Below are positions 41,270 through 51,125 of a stretch of 64,000 nt of DNA, in pieces. Origin of the DNA: an uncultured Gemmatimonadales bacterium (GTDB lineage: Bacteria > Gemmatimonadota > Gemmatimonadetes > Gemmatimonadales > GWC2-71-9); assembly GCA_963771275.1 (NCBI GenBank), contig CAVYSW010000009.1:1-64000 (forward strand), read 5' to 3'. The translations under genes were made by a program, and so were the position numbers. Each line of letters begins with the position of its first letter. Within the stretch, counting starts at the first letter, position 1. The notes below the pieces were generated by a model, which saw only the letters and a program-made list of their open reading frames with translations, did no database searches and was not told where the DNA came from.

Positions 41270-43686
41270 CCACACCGCCGCCGCGCGCCGACCGGGCCGC
41301 CGAGCGCCTCGAGATCGTGGGCGAGCTGGCCTCGCTGATCAACACGACGTTCGACCTCCACGAGATCTTCCGGTCGGCAATCGTCAAGCTCCGGCGCGTC
41401 CTCCCGTTCCGGCGCGCGAGCGTCACCCTCCTCTCGGACGACGGCGACCACTACCAGCTCCACACGCTGTATGACGGCGCGCGGGGCGGTTTCCAGGACG
41501 CCGAGCAGCGCTTCCCGCTCGACTACGGCCTGCCGGGGCAGGTGATCCGCTCGGGCGAGGCGATGCGCGTGGACGCGTTCGGCGGGACCGAGGGGATTCG
41601 CCAACCGGGCGAGGGCACGATCTCGGCGCTCATCCTGCCGTTGCGGGTCGACGGAGCGGTGATCGGCTCGCTCAATCTGGGGGCGGAGGAGTCGCTGCGG
41701 TACGGGGACGAAGATCTGGAGCTGGCGCGGCTGTTGGGCCGACAGATCGAGACGTCGCTGCATTACTCGAAGCTGCTGTCCACCATCGAGCGGCAGCGCG
41801 TGGATCTCTCGGCCGAGCATGCACGGGTGCAATTACAGCAGGTCCGGCTCGAGGCGCTGGTCGAGGCCGGGGGCTCCGCGATCATGATGGTCGATGGCGG
41901 GAGGGTGGTGCACGCCAATCGCGCGATGGCCGGGCTGCTGGGCCTGCCCCTCGAGGTCGTCCGCAGCGCCCCGCTCGATCACGTGCACCGGGCGCTGGCA
42001 CGTTCGCTCCGGGACCGGGCAGCCCTCGACGCCCAGGTAGCGGCGATCCAGCCCGGCGGCGAGCCGCTGCGGGATCAAGTCGATCTAGTGTTCCCGCGCC
42101 CGCGCACATTCCGCCGCACCGTCGATCCGGTCGTGAGCCGGTACGGTGAGCCGATGGGGCACCTCGTGGTGTACCGGGACGTCACCCGCGCGGCCGCCGC
42201 CGAGGCCGCGAAGGACGAGTTCGTCTCGATGGTGAGCCACGAGCTGCGGACCCCGCTGACGTCGATCAAGACCTCGCTCAGCCTGCTCACTCGCGGGGCG
42301 GCCGGCCACGTGACAGAGGCGATGGCGGAGTTCATCGCCATCGCGCTCCGCAACCTCGAGCGACTGATCACGCTCGTGGACGATCTGCTCGACCTCTCGC
42401 GGATCGAGAGCGGGCGCCTCGTGACGCACGTGGTGCCGACCTGCGTCGGCGACGTGGCCGCCCACGCCATCGAGATGGTGCGCGCGTTCGCCGACGACCA
42501 GGGCGTCATCCTGGAGTGCGACGTGCACGCGCCGTGCCGGCCCGTCCTGGTCGACCCGGCGCGTCTGGAACAGGTCTTCGTCAATCTGCTGTCGAATGCC
42601 ATCAAGTTCTCGCCGCAGCGAGGGCGGGTGGCTCTGCGGTGGACGGAGGAAGCAGGTGCCCTCGTCACGGAGATCTCCGACGAGGGTCCGGGCATTCCCA
42701 AGGAGCAGCTGGGGGTCGTGTTCGACAAGTTCCGGCAACTCGAGCCGGCCGCGACCCGCGGGCACGGTGGCGTCGGACTTGGGCTCTACATCAGCCGTGC
42801 CATCCTCGCGCAACTCGGTGGCGACCTGTGGGCGGAGAGCGAGGGAGGGCGCGGAACACGATTCTATGTGAAGCTGCCGCTTGCGACCGAAGCGCCGTCG
42901 ACGGCCGCGCCCTCGCAGGACGTCCAGCCGGCGGCAGCGGCCGTGCGGCGCGCGCTCCTGGCGGTCCCGGATCCCGACTTCGCCCTGCTGGTCCGGACAC
43001 AGCTGGAACAGGATGGCATCAGCGTCGAGCTGACCTCCAGCGGCTGGGCTGCCCTCGGCGTGGTCGCGCGGGAACCGCCCGACGTGGTCGTCGCCCACGC
43101 CGAGTTGGAGGACATGCACGGGCTCGAGTTCATGCAGCGCCTCCGGTCCCGACCGGAGGCGGCGAACCTGCCGGCCATCCTGGTGGGCGGCGACCCGATG
43201 CCGGCGCAGGCCATTGCATACGGCGCCGACGCCTGGCTCGCCGCCGATCCCGCCAGCGTCGCGGCCGAGATTCGCCGATTGGGCACGACCCCCCGACGGC
43301 CCGTGATCCTGTTCGTCGAAGACGACCCCGCCGTCCGCGGCGCGCTCGCCCGACTGATCCGGCGGCAGGGGTACGCGGTGGTCGAGGCCACCCACGCGAC
43401 GTTGGGGCTGGAGCTGGCCCGGCGCCGGGTGCCGGACGCGGTCGTGGTCGATCACCACCTCCCGGGGATGTCCGGTCTCGACCTCTTGCGCGCGATGCGG
43501 GACGACCCCGCGTTGGCTGCGGTGCCGGGACTCGTGCTGAGCGGGCACGCCACGCCACAAATCGTGCGTGACGCAGCGGCGCTCGGCGCCGAGTTCCTCC
43601 CCAAGCCCATGGACTGGACGGTGATCGCGCAGGCCGTCGCGCGCCTCATTACGGACCCGAGCGCGCGCCCTCCGTTCGCCCGCTGA
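41266..43686 (+). CDS. Hybrid histidine kinase GAF-PAS-HisKA-HATPase-REC-REC
   Basis: SHELRTPLT, NLLSNAIKFS, DEGPGI, GVGLGL, two receiver-like domains; no TM helix seen. Confidence 0.93.
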   Translation: MTTPPPRADRAAERLEIVGELASLINTTFDLHEIFRSAIVKLRRVLPFRRASVTLLSDDGDHYQLHTLYDGARGGFQDAEQRFPLDYGLPGQVIRSGEAMRVDAFGGTEGIRQPGEGTISALILPLRVDGAVIGSLNLGAEESLRYGDEDLELARLLGRQIETSLHYSKLLSTIERQRVDLSAEHARVQLQQVRLEALVEAGGSAIMMVDGGRVVHANRAMAGLLGLPLEVVRSAPLDHVHRALARSLRDRAALDAQVAAIQPGGEPLRDQVDLVFPRPRTFRRTVDPVVSRYGEPMGHLVVYRDVTRAAAAEAAKDEFVSMVSHELRTPLTSIKTSLSLLTRGAAGHVTEAMAEFIAIALRNLERLITLVDDLLDLSRIESGRLVTHVVPTCVGDVAAHAIEMVRAFADDQGVILECDVHAPCRPVLVDPARLEQVFVNLLSNAIKFSPQRGRVALRWTEEAGALVTEISDEGPGIPKEQLGVVFDKFRQLEPAATRGHGGVGLGLYISRAILAQLGGDLWAESEGGRGTRFYVKLPLATEAPSTAAPSQDVQPAAAAVRRALLAVPDPDFALLVRTQLEQDGISVELTSSGWAALGVVAREPPDVVVAHAELEDMHGLEFMQRLRSRPEAANLPAILVGGDPMPAQAIAYGADAWLAADPASVAAEIRRLGTTPRRPVILFVEDDPAVRGALARLIRRQGYAVVEATHATLGLELARRRVPDAVVVDHHLPGMSGLDLLRAMRDDPALAAVPGLVLSGHATPQIVRDAAALGAEFLPKPMDWTVIAQAVARLITDPSARPPFAR

Positions 43687-43698
43687 GCCGCCCGCTCC

Positions 43699-45654
43699 CT
43701 ACGGCAGCTTGACCGGCGTCGCCAGCAGGTAGGTCTCGATCGTTCGCACCTTGCCCGCCGGCCAGGTGCTGTGCTTGGCGCTCCACGCGTACGCCGTCGT
43801 GTCGAGCCCGATGCCCTCGTGGTACAGCACGGCGCGATCGGGGTCGTACAGGTTCCACAGCCCGTGCGTGTCGTAGTTGGCCGACACGATGGCGCTGCGC
43901 CGCCGGCCGGTGGGCATGTGCAGCACCACGACGCTGGTGAACGCGGCGTCCTCCTGGAAGCTCAGGTCCGGCCGGACCACGTAGTCGCCCGACTCGGCCA
44001 GCGCGTAGCCCGACAGGATCGACTCGCGGAACAGCAGTTGATGCTCCAGCAGGCCCTCGACCTTGGCGATCTGCGCCTTGAGCCGGGCCTGCTGGAACGA
44101 CACCACCAGCTCGAGCACGGACTTGAAGAACGCCACCGTCGCCATCTGACGCGACCAGGCGGCGTTCATCCGTCCCTTCATGTCCGAGAGCGAAGCTCCC
44201 ATCCCGTCCCCCAATGACGACCGGGAGGCCGCCTCGCTGCGATACTGGTTGGAGAGATTCTGATAGCGGTTCGACTCCTGGGTGGCCCAGGTGCTCGATC
44301 CGTACCCGCCGGTCCCGCCGCCGCCCCGGAGCCCGGTGGACAGGTCGGCGATCTCCGTCTGGAGCCGCGGGATGGCGGCGTCGAGCCCCACGAGGCTCGC
44401 CTTCTGGGAAAGCGGGGTCACGCCCACGCGATTGCGCACCGCCCCCGTCGCGGTGTCCAGCGCCACGATCAGGTACTCGCCGATGAAGACGACGCGATCG
44501 GGGTAGGCCCGGAGCCGCACCGGATAGAGCCGCGCGTTGGGCGCCACGGCCACGTCGAGCAGCGGCTCACCGGTCACGGCGTTGAACGCGAGCACGTGAT
44601 CGGACGTGGCAGCGAACAGGCGGCGGCCTACCCGCACCAGGTTGCTCACCGTGGGCAGCACGGTGCGGCGGTGCCAGCGGGCGGTCCCCGCCGCGCGGTC
44701 CAGCGCGCTCAGCACGAACGCACCGGTTCCCGGCAGCCGCTGGCGGCCCGCGGCGTCGGCGATCCCGCGGAGATACACAGTCTCGCTATCAGGGTAGATG
44801 TTGGTGATCGCGGTGTAGCCGTCGGCGGCGTAGGTCCAGCGGGTGGCCCCGGTTTCCAGGTCGAGGGCCAAGACGGCCGCGCCCCGCCCCACGTAGAGCG
44901 TGGTCTCGTCCGTCTGGGGCGGCGGGTCGTCGGGCGCGAGCGTGAGGTCGGGCCGGGCCCACACGACCGCGCCGTCTTCCAGCCGCACCCGTGCCACGCC
45001 CTCGTAGAACAGCAGCGCGCCGTCGCTCCAGGTGAGGACCGAGTGGGTGGTGTCGTCGGGCGCCACCTTGAAGGCCGCGCTCCAGGCGTCACGCCCGTCC
45101 GACAGGCCGAGGGCCATGACGTCGACCTTGTCCTTGCGGCGCCGCTCGAGCAGCAGCCGGTCGGCCGCCGGAGCGGGACGCGCCTCGACGTCCTCGCCCT
45201 TGAACGACCGCTTCCAGCGCTCCTTGCCGGTCTCGCTTTCCACCACGCTCAGCGCGTACTTCTTCTCCCCGACGGTCGAGATCACGATCCCGTCGTCCAG
45301 CACGAGCAGCGGCTGGGACGTGCCCTCGGCATCGCGCCGCACGCGCCACAGCACCGCGCCGTCCTCCAGCCGGACCAGCAGGAATTCCGTGTTGGGGACC
45401 TGGGCGTCGTCCTTGCGCAGGCCCACCAGCAGGCGTCCCCTGCCGGCCGGCCGCATCAGGTCGACGCGCGCGGCGCCGAGCGGCAGCTTCCACAGCGGCG
45501 CCACTTGCCGAGCCGCCTGGCGCGCGATCACCGGGTACGGCGCATCCGGCTTCACCTGATCCTGCGCCGTGGCCGGAGCCGGAGCGCCCGCGATGGTCCA
45601 CGCGGACGCGATCACGCCGGCCGCCCGCAGCACGCTCCCCAGCGGCGATCGCAT
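43699..45654 (-). CDS. Secreted PQQ-like beta-propeller repeat protein
   Basis: Repeated ALD.ETG...W blades; signal peptide. Confidence 0.8.
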   Translation of the reverse strand: MRSPLGSVLRAAGVIASAWTIAGAPAPATAQDQVKPDAPYPVIARQAARQVAPLWKLPLGAARVDLMRPAGRGRLLVGLRKDDAQVPNTEFLLVRLEDGAVLWRVRRDAEGTSQPLLVLDDGIVISTVGEKKYALSVVESETGKERWKRSFKGEDVEARPAPAADRLLLERRRKDKVDVMALGLSDGRDAWSAAFKVAPDDTTHSVLTWSDGALLFYEGVARVRLEDGAVVWARPDLTLAPDDPPPQTDETTLYVGRGAAVLALDLETGATRWTYAADGYTAITNIYPDSETVYLRGIADAAGRQRLPGTGAFVLSALDRAAGTARWHRRTVLPTVSNLVRVGRRLFAATSDHVLAFNAVTGEPLLDVAVAPNARLYPVRLRAYPDRVVFIGEYLIVALDTATGAVRNRVGVTPLSQKASLVGLDAAIPRLQTEIADLSTGLRGGGGTGGYGSSTWATQESNRYQNLSNQYRSEAASRSSLGDGMGASLSDMKGRMNAAWSRQMATVAFFKSVLELVVSFQQARLKAQIAKVEGLLEHQLLFRESILSGYALAESGDYVVRPDLSFQEDAAFTSVVVLHMPTGRRRSAIVSANYDTHGLWNLYDPDRAVLYHEGIGLDTTAYAWSAKHSTWPAGKVRTIETYLLATPVKLP

Positions 45655-45663
45655 CGGGCCGCC

Positions 45664-46719
45664 CTACCGCAGCGACTTCACGATGGCGAGCACCCGCTCG
45701 AGCCCCGTATCCCAGGCCGACTGCGTCGCAATCCACATGAACCCGATGCCGCGCCGGTCGTCCTTCACCGCCGCGACCAGCCCCGCATGGGGCAGGCTCT
45801 GCCCCGCCGCCACGATGGTCCCCTCGTACTCGGCCACCAGCGCCGTCCCGCCCGCGTCGAGCGGAACCTCGTAGGGCGGCTTCGTCTGGTTGAACGACGG
45901 CACCTCGCTCTGGAGCCCCTGCACCAGGCCCCGGAGGACCTCATCCCGGTTCTTGCCGAACTTGTTCTTCTCGAGCCCGAGCACGTGCAGCGTGGGATAC
46001 GAGGCGTGCGAGATCTGCGCGATCGCGGCGCCCTCGCCGGCTTTCGCCGTCCACCCGGCGGGGATGCTCAGGGTGGCCAGCGGGTGCGCGAACGTGCTCG
46101 CGGGCGTCTCGGGCGCCGGCGCCGCCGCCGGGATCGCGATCTCCTGCCCGGCCGCGGGAGCCGGCGGCTTGACCGTCGCGGCAACCGGCTCGGTGGCGCC
46201 GGTCAGCGGCGCACCGGGGAGGCGAATCGAGTAGAAGGCCTGCACCGTCGGCTCGCCGTACGGCTTCAGGGTCTTCTCGTTGAGCAGGGCCATGTAGGCG
46301 AGGCCCGTCTCGGTCCCCTCGAGCATGACCACGCCCAGCCGGCTGGTGAGCTTCACCGTCTTGCCACCGCTCTCCACGTCGAAGGCGTACTGCGCCAGGC
46401 GGGCGGGGTTGCCGTTCACGTCCATGTCGAACACGGTCCCCTCGGGCGGCACCGGGACGGTCTGGCTGGTGAACGCTTCGAGCGCGCTGGCCCACACGGC
46501 GTCGCGATCGCTCACCTCGGTCGCGACGTACAGCATGATCCTGGTACCGCTCCGCTCGAACACGTAGACGCGGTCGAGCTGCTCGCTTTGCAGCTTGAAC
46601 CCGGCCGGGAGATCGATGGCGAAGCGACCCAGCGGATCCTGATGCGTGTTCTGCGCGGCGAGCGGCCGCGCGCCAAGCGCCATGAGCCCCACGAGTCCCG
46701 CGACGATGTGTGTGCGCAC
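45664..46719 (-). CDS. Hypothetical secreted protein with two similar domains
   Basis: GGAGG RBS and GTG start, signal peptide, FAIDLPAGF and TLSIPAGW units joined by a Pro/Ala linker. Confidence 0.65.
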   Translation of the reverse strand: MRTHIVAGLVGLMALGARPLAAQNTHQDPLGRFAIDLPAGFKLQSEQLDRVYVFERSGTRIMLYVATEVSDRDAVWASALEAFTSQTVPVPPEGTVFDMDVNGNPARLAQYAFDVESGGKTVKLTSRLGVVMLEGTETGLAYMALLNEKTLKPYGEPTVQAFYSIRLPGAPLTGATEPVAATVKPPAPAAGQEIAIPAAAPAPETPASTFAHPLATLSIPAGWTAKAGEGAAIAQISHASYPTLHVLGLEKNKFGKNRDEVLRGLVQGLQSEVPSFNQTKPPYEVPLDAGGTALVAEYEGTIVAAGQSLPHAGLVAAVKDDRRGIGFMWIATQSAWDTGLERVLAIVKSLR

Positions 46720-47075
46720 GCCCCACCTCCCGTGTCGAGTCACGAACACCGACTGGCGTTGGATGCGGACATCGACCTGAGCCGGAGAGACGCTAACGCT
46801 TCCTCCGGGAACGGGCCGTGAATCCCGTGTGAAACCAATCTGTATCGAAACGCTGCACCCGCACCGGTCCGGGCCACCAGCCTGCAAGGCAGCTCATCCG
46901 CCGCAGCTGCGCCCAAGTGATTGTGGGACAATGAGTTAGCCAACTCGCCGACAGCGCTGGTGCGAGGCGCGGCAGTTGCGTCGGTGGCATGGCAGGACGG
47001 GCGGGCCGGAACCGCTCGTACATTAGCAGAAGCCAACTCACCGGACAGCACCACGGAATCCAAGGAGATATCGCA

Positions 47076-47474
47076 ATGCGCGCGCACCAATTGTCGTGGG
47101 CCCTGCTGGCCGGCGGTCTGGCCCTGGCGGGCTGCTCGGGGGGCAACGTCCTCGGGCCGGACAATCAGCTCGAAGTGACCAATGCGACCGACAACTTCCA
47201 GCTCCAGGCCACCGCGCTGGACAACGTGTCGCAGACGCTCACCTACCTGTGGGAGAACACCGGGACGAGCGCCAACGTGAATCAGTCGGGCACCGTCACC
47301 GCGGGCTCGGCGACGCTCACGATCTTCGATCAGGCGGGTGCCCAGGTCTACGTCGCGAGCCTGGCGAGCTCGGGCACGTTCCAGTCCGGTGCCGGTCTCA
47401 CCGGGGGGTGGACCGTCCGGGTCGAGCTGCACGGCATGAGCGGGGCGTTGAACTTCCGGGTGCAGAGGCCGTAG
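47076..47474 (+). CDS. Hypothetical lipoprotein
   Basis: AAGGAG RBS, LAGC lipobox, beta-rich body. Confidence 0.8.
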   Translation: MRAHQLSWALLAGGLALAGCSGGNVLGPDNQLEVTNATDNFQLQATALDNVSQTLTYLWENTGTSANVNQSGTVTAGSATLTIFDQAGAQVYVASLASSGTFQSGAGLTGGWTVRVELHGMSGALNFRVQRP

Positions 47475-48180
47475 GGCGACGCGCGTACACGCAGGCGCTG
47501 GCGCCGGCGGGGAGATACTCGATCCGCTCGAGTCGCTCACCGAGCAGCTCCCGCACGAACGCTTCCTCGATGCGGCACGGGAGCGGCGTCACGCCCACCA
47601 CCGCGCTGATCGGGCAGTGCGCCAGCCGGAGCGTCGGGCGCCCGCCGGCGCCCGCCACCACGTCGGCCATGAACCCTTCTTCCGACAGGATGCGCGCGAC
47701 TTCCGCCAGCCGGGCGGAGCCGGTGAGCCCCGCGACGCGCGCCCGCGCGGCCGCGCGCCGGGCCGCCACCCGCGCGGCAAAGAACTCGGCCAACAGGTCC
47801 GACTCATCCCGCTCCAGCAGAAACCGCGCGAGGTCGCGCAGCACGTCTCCCTCCCCCCGGGGGAACAGCGTGTCCGCCGCGCGCGCCAGACCGTAGACCA
47901 CCTCGGGCCGCCCCGGGCCGATGCGCCGCGTGCCGTGCCGCACGACGAGCCCGCGCCCGATCAGCGACTGCAGATGCTCGCGCAGCGTGGCGGGCGCGTA
48001 GTCGAGCTCGGCACCGAGCTCGGCGCGGGTCGCTCGGCCGCGACGCTTGAGCGCCAGCAACAGCCGCCGCTGCGTGGCGCCGAGTCCAGGCCCCGGCAGA
48101 TCGGTCGTCGCGCTGCGCAGCGCGCCCCTCCGTCGGTGAGCCTGACGTCCCGCGGACCCGCGGCGCGCCGCCCGCCCCAT
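47398..48180 (-). CDS. HTH transcriptional regulator with three C-terminal Cys (SufR-like)
   Basis: TLREHLQSL...GLV...GPGRPEVVYGL, FPRGE, LSEEGF, HCPI...LPC...SACVY. Confidence 0.8.
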   Translation of the reverse strand: MGRAARRGSAGRQAHRRRGALRSATTDLPGPGLGATQRRLLLALKRRGRATRAELGAELDYAPATLREHLQSLIGRGLVVRHGTRRIGPGRPEVVYGLARAADTLFPRGEGDVLRDLARFLLERDESDLLAEFFAARVAARRAAARARVAGLTGSARLAEVARILSEEGFMADVVAGAGGRPTLRLAHCPISAVVGVTPLPCRIEEAFVRELLGERLERIEYLPAGASACVYARRPTASAPGSSTPRSCRAARPGRSTPR

Positions 48181-48182
48181 GC

Positions 48183-49190
48183 TCAGCGCCCGCCCCGCGC
48201 CACCTGGCCGGGCTCGGTCACACGGATCGTCCCCACCGCGCCTTTCGACGCGTCGGCGAACGCGTGCGTCACGAAGGCGTAGGTCCCCGCCCCGCTCGCG
48301 CCGCGCTCGAACCGGGTCTCGAACACGGCACCGCCGCCGGGCGGCACGGACCATGTCTGCACGCCGCTCATGGCGTGCGCCGGATCGCCATCGGGGTACA
48401 CGTGATCGAACACGGCGCCGACCACGTGGAAGTCGCTGGCGAAGCTCGGGCCCGCGTTGACGACGAAGAACCGCACGCGGTCGCCGACCTGCGCCGTGAG
48501 GGGCGTCACCTGATACTGGAACGCGCGCCCGTTGAACGCCACGTAGCTCGCCTCGCGCCCCAGGGCCGCCTCGTAGAACGGCTGCGCGGTCCCCGCGACG
48601 GCAGCGTGCAGGTAGAACTCGCTCTGGAGCAGCACGTACTCGCGGTCGGCCCGCGTCGGCCAGCCGCCCCTGGGATCGACGATGATGGCCAGGTACATCC
48701 CCTGCAGGAGGTGCAGCAGGACGGGCGGGGTGCCGCAGTGCACGAGGAACACGCCCGGATCGCGCGCCGTGAACGCGAAGTCGAGCGAGTCGTGCGGACC
48801 GATCGTGCGGTACGCCTCGCTCATCGGAATACGGGCCGCGTGGAAGTCGATCGAGTGCCCCATCGGGGCCTCGTTGACCAGTCGCACCCGCACCTGATCG
48901 CCCGCGCGGACCCGCAGCACCGGGCCCGGCACCGTGCCGCCGAAGGTCCAGCCGGGGTAGCGCACGCCCGGGGCGATCTCGATGGTGTCGTGCGTGATCG
49001 GGATGCGGAACTGCTTGACGGGAGCCGGGTCGCGGCGCGGGGCGACCGGATCGTACGCGGGGTCGGTTGGCGTCACGGTGACGCCGAAATCGACGGCCGC
49101 GACCTGCGCCGGCCGCTGCGACACGGCCACCACGGCGAGCGCGGCCAAGGCGGCGGTGGCGAGGATGAGGACGAGGGGGTGGACGCGCAC
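48183..49190 (-). CDS. nirK: Copper-containing nitrite reductase-like multicopper protein
   Basis: HSIDFH, HCGTPPVLLHLLQGM, DFHVVG, FVTH: type 1 and type 2 Cu ligands plus catalytic Asp/His present. Confidence 0.75.
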   Translation of the reverse strand: MRVHPLVLILATAALAALAVVAVSQRPAQVAAVDFGVTVTPTDPAYDPVAPRRDPAPVKQFRIPITHDTIEIAPGVRYPGWTFGGTVPGPVLRVRAGDQVRVRLVNEAPMGHSIDFHAARIPMSEAYRTIGPHDSLDFAFTARDPGVFLVHCGTPPVLLHLLQGMYLAIIVDPRGGWPTRADREYVLLQSEFYLHAAVAGTAQPFYEAALGREASYVAFNGRAFQYQVTPLTAQVGDRVRFFVVNAGPSFASDFHVVGAVFDHVYPDGDPAHAMSGVQTWSVPPGGGAVFETRFERGASGAGTYAFVTHAFADASKGAVGTIRVTEPGQVARGGR

Positions 49191-49215
49191 AGCGAGGCTC
49201 CGGCGTCGAGGATAA

Positions 49216-49239
49216 TTAAAATGGCTTTTCCCATTTTAA
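49216..49239. promoter_or_regulatory. AT-rich palindromic operator candidate
   Basis: TTAAAATGG-N6-CCATTTTAA perfect inverted repeat upstream of the nirK-like start. Confidence 0.7.
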
Positions 49240-49364
49240 CTCATGGCCGCGCCGCCGCAAGAGGCCGCGCCCATGCCGGCCCGGATGCCGCGCCGTCGGC
49301 CGTCCACCTGCCAGCACCCTGACGCCGGGAGTAGCTTGCCGCCAGCCTCCGTGGAGACACTCCC

Positions 49365-49880
49365 ATGTCCATCGCCACGTCCCTGATCCCCGAGTTCGAC
49401 CTCGAAATGGCGAATCTCCGGCGCGCCCTCGAGCGAGTGCCGGAGGCGTCGTTCGCCTGGAAGCCGCACGACAAGTCCATGACGCTGGGGCGGCTCGCCA
49501 CCCACCTGTCGGAGATCCCGTTGTGGGTGGTGAACACCTGCACCAGGACCGAGCTGGATGTCATGCCGCCGGGCGCGCCGCGGTTCGTGCCCCAGACGCT
49601 CGCCACCACCGGCGCGATCCTGGCGCAGCTCGATCAGAACGTCGCGCAGGCCCGCGCGGCGATCAGCGCGACGTCGGACGCGGAGTTCATGGTGCCGTGG
49701 ACGCTCAAGGCGGCTGGCAAGGAGATCTTCACGCTGCCCCGGGTGGCGGTGTACCGCTCGCTGGTGATGAGCCACATGATCCATCACCGCGGCCAGCTCA
49801 GCGTGTTTCTGCGGCTCGTGGGCGCGCAGGTGCCGGCGATGTACGGGCCGAGCGCGGACGAGGTGGGTGGGGCCGCCTAG
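49365..49880 (+). CDS. DinB-family protein
   Basis: WKPHDKSMTLGRLATH, HMIHHRGQLSVFLR. Confidence 0.9.
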   Translation: MSIATSLIPEFDLEMANLRRALERVPEASFAWKPHDKSMTLGRLATHLSEIPLWVVNTCTRTELDVMPPGAPRFVPQTLATTGAILAQLDQNVAQARAAISATSDAEFMVPWTLKAAGKEIFTLPRVAVYRSLVMSHMIHHRGQLSVFLRLVGAQVPAMYGPSADEVGGAA

Positions 49881-49943
49881 GGCGAGAGCGGGAGTGGGGG
49901 AGCGGACCTCCTCCCTACAGCTCTGCTCTCTGCCCCTGCTACA

Positions 49944-50132
49944 TCACGGGTAGGGGTTCAGGCACTCCCACACCATGTCCTCGAAGCTGCCCGGCGGAAG
50001 ATCCGCCTGGTCCACGAGGAACTCGTCGAGCATCTCGGTCGGGATCTGGAGCGCCTCGCCGTCCCGGCCGGTGAGCCGGCGCAGCTGATCTTGCTGTTCC
50101 GTGGTCAAGCGCAGTGTGATGCAATCCGACAC
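49944..50132 (-). CDS. Small acidic hypothetical protein (62 aa)
   Basis: GAGG RBS and GTG start; composition protein-like, unlike neighbouring shadow ORFs. Confidence 0.55.
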   Translation of the reverse strand: MSDCITLRLTTEQQDQLRRLTGRDGEALQIPTEMLDEFLVDQADLPPGSFEDMVWECLNPYP

Positions 50133-50223
50133 CGTGGCCTCGCTCGCAGGGTTGCGAGCGGGAACCTGCGGCGGGGCACGTGAAATTCGGGTGAAGCGGT
50201 GGTGAAAGAAGGAGGAAGCCGTG

Positions 50224-50508
50224 TTACGGCTTGAGCGGCGGCCGTTCTTCCGCCTGGCCGCGCGTCAGCACGCGCTCGGTGAACTCCATCCGCTCCTGCA
50301 GATCGGCCACGTCGCCCCGGAGCAGGTACATCTGCTCCCTGAGCTCGGCGAGTCCCTCGCCCAGCTCCCGCGGCGCGTCACCGCCGCCTTGGGCCTGCAG
50401 CCGCTTGATGCGGTAGCTGAGCAGCATCCGCAGTCCCACGAGGCCGACCCCGCTCGTCGCCAGGAGCGCGATCAAGGCGAACACGGCATCGGGATCCACG
50501 GGGCCCAT
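50224..50508 (-). CDS. Single-TM coiled-coil protein, PspB-like paralogue 3
   Basis: TM helix then LQERMEFTERVL. Confidence 0.75.
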   Translation of the reverse strand: MGPVDPDAVFALIALLATSGVGLVGLRMLLSYRIKRLQAQGGGDAPRELGEGLAELREQMYLLRGDVADLQERMEFTERVLTRGQAEERPPLKP

Positions 50509-50513
50509 CCTCC

Positions 50514-50789
50514 TCAGTTGCCTTCCGCCAGCTTGGCGCCGTCGCGGCCGCGCGCCAGAACCCGCTCGGTGAAGTCCACCCGCTCCTGCAGCTCGGTGAG
50601 ATCGCCGCGCAACAAGTGGACCTGGTCCCGCAGCTCGGCGAGGCCGTCCTCCAACTCGGGGCTGGGCACCCCACCGCCCTGGGCCTGAAACCGCTTGATG
50701 CGGTAGTTGAGGAACATGCGCAGGCCGACGAGCGCGAACGTCCCGAACCCGAGGAGCGCAATGAGGGGGGCGAGCACTTCCGCATTCAT
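50514..50789 (-). CDS. Single-TM coiled-coil protein, PspB-like paralogue 2
   Basis: TM helix then LQERVDFTERVL. Confidence 0.75.
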   Translation of the reverse strand: MNAEVLAPLIALLGFGTFALVGLRMFLNYRIKRFQAQGGGVPSPELEDGLAELRDQVHLLRGDLTELQERVDFTERVLARGRDGAKLAEGN

Positions 50790-50804
50790 GCGTCGTTCTC
50801 CCGC

Positions 50805-51098
50805 TCAGCGTCCATCCGGGAGCTTGGCATCGTCGCGGCCGCGCACCAGCACGCGCTCGGCAAAGTCCATGCGCTCGCCCAGCTCGACCAGCTCGGTGCG
50901 GAGCTGGGCCACCTGGTCGCTCAGCTCGAGCACCGTCTCCTCCAGGCGGCGCTGCTCCTCGGGATCGCCCGTCTCACGGTGCCGGCGGGCGCCGCCCCTG
51001 CCGTAGCCGTACTTGTAGGACAGCGACATCCGAACGATGGACGTGACCATCGACCCGGCGATGGCGACGATCACGATGGTCAGAATGAACCCGGGCAT
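50805..51098 (-). CDS. Single-TM coiled-coil protein, PspB-like paralogue 1
   Basis: GGAGG RBS, TM helix then LGERMDFAERVL. Confidence 0.75.
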   Translation of the reverse strand: MPGFILTIVIVAIAGSMVTSIVRMSLSYKYGYGRGGARRHRETGDPEEQRRLEETVLELSDQVAQLRTELVELGERMDFAERVLVRGRDDAKLPDGR

Positions 51099-51125
51099 GT
51101 CAGGGCGCCTCCGCGCTGGGGTCCT

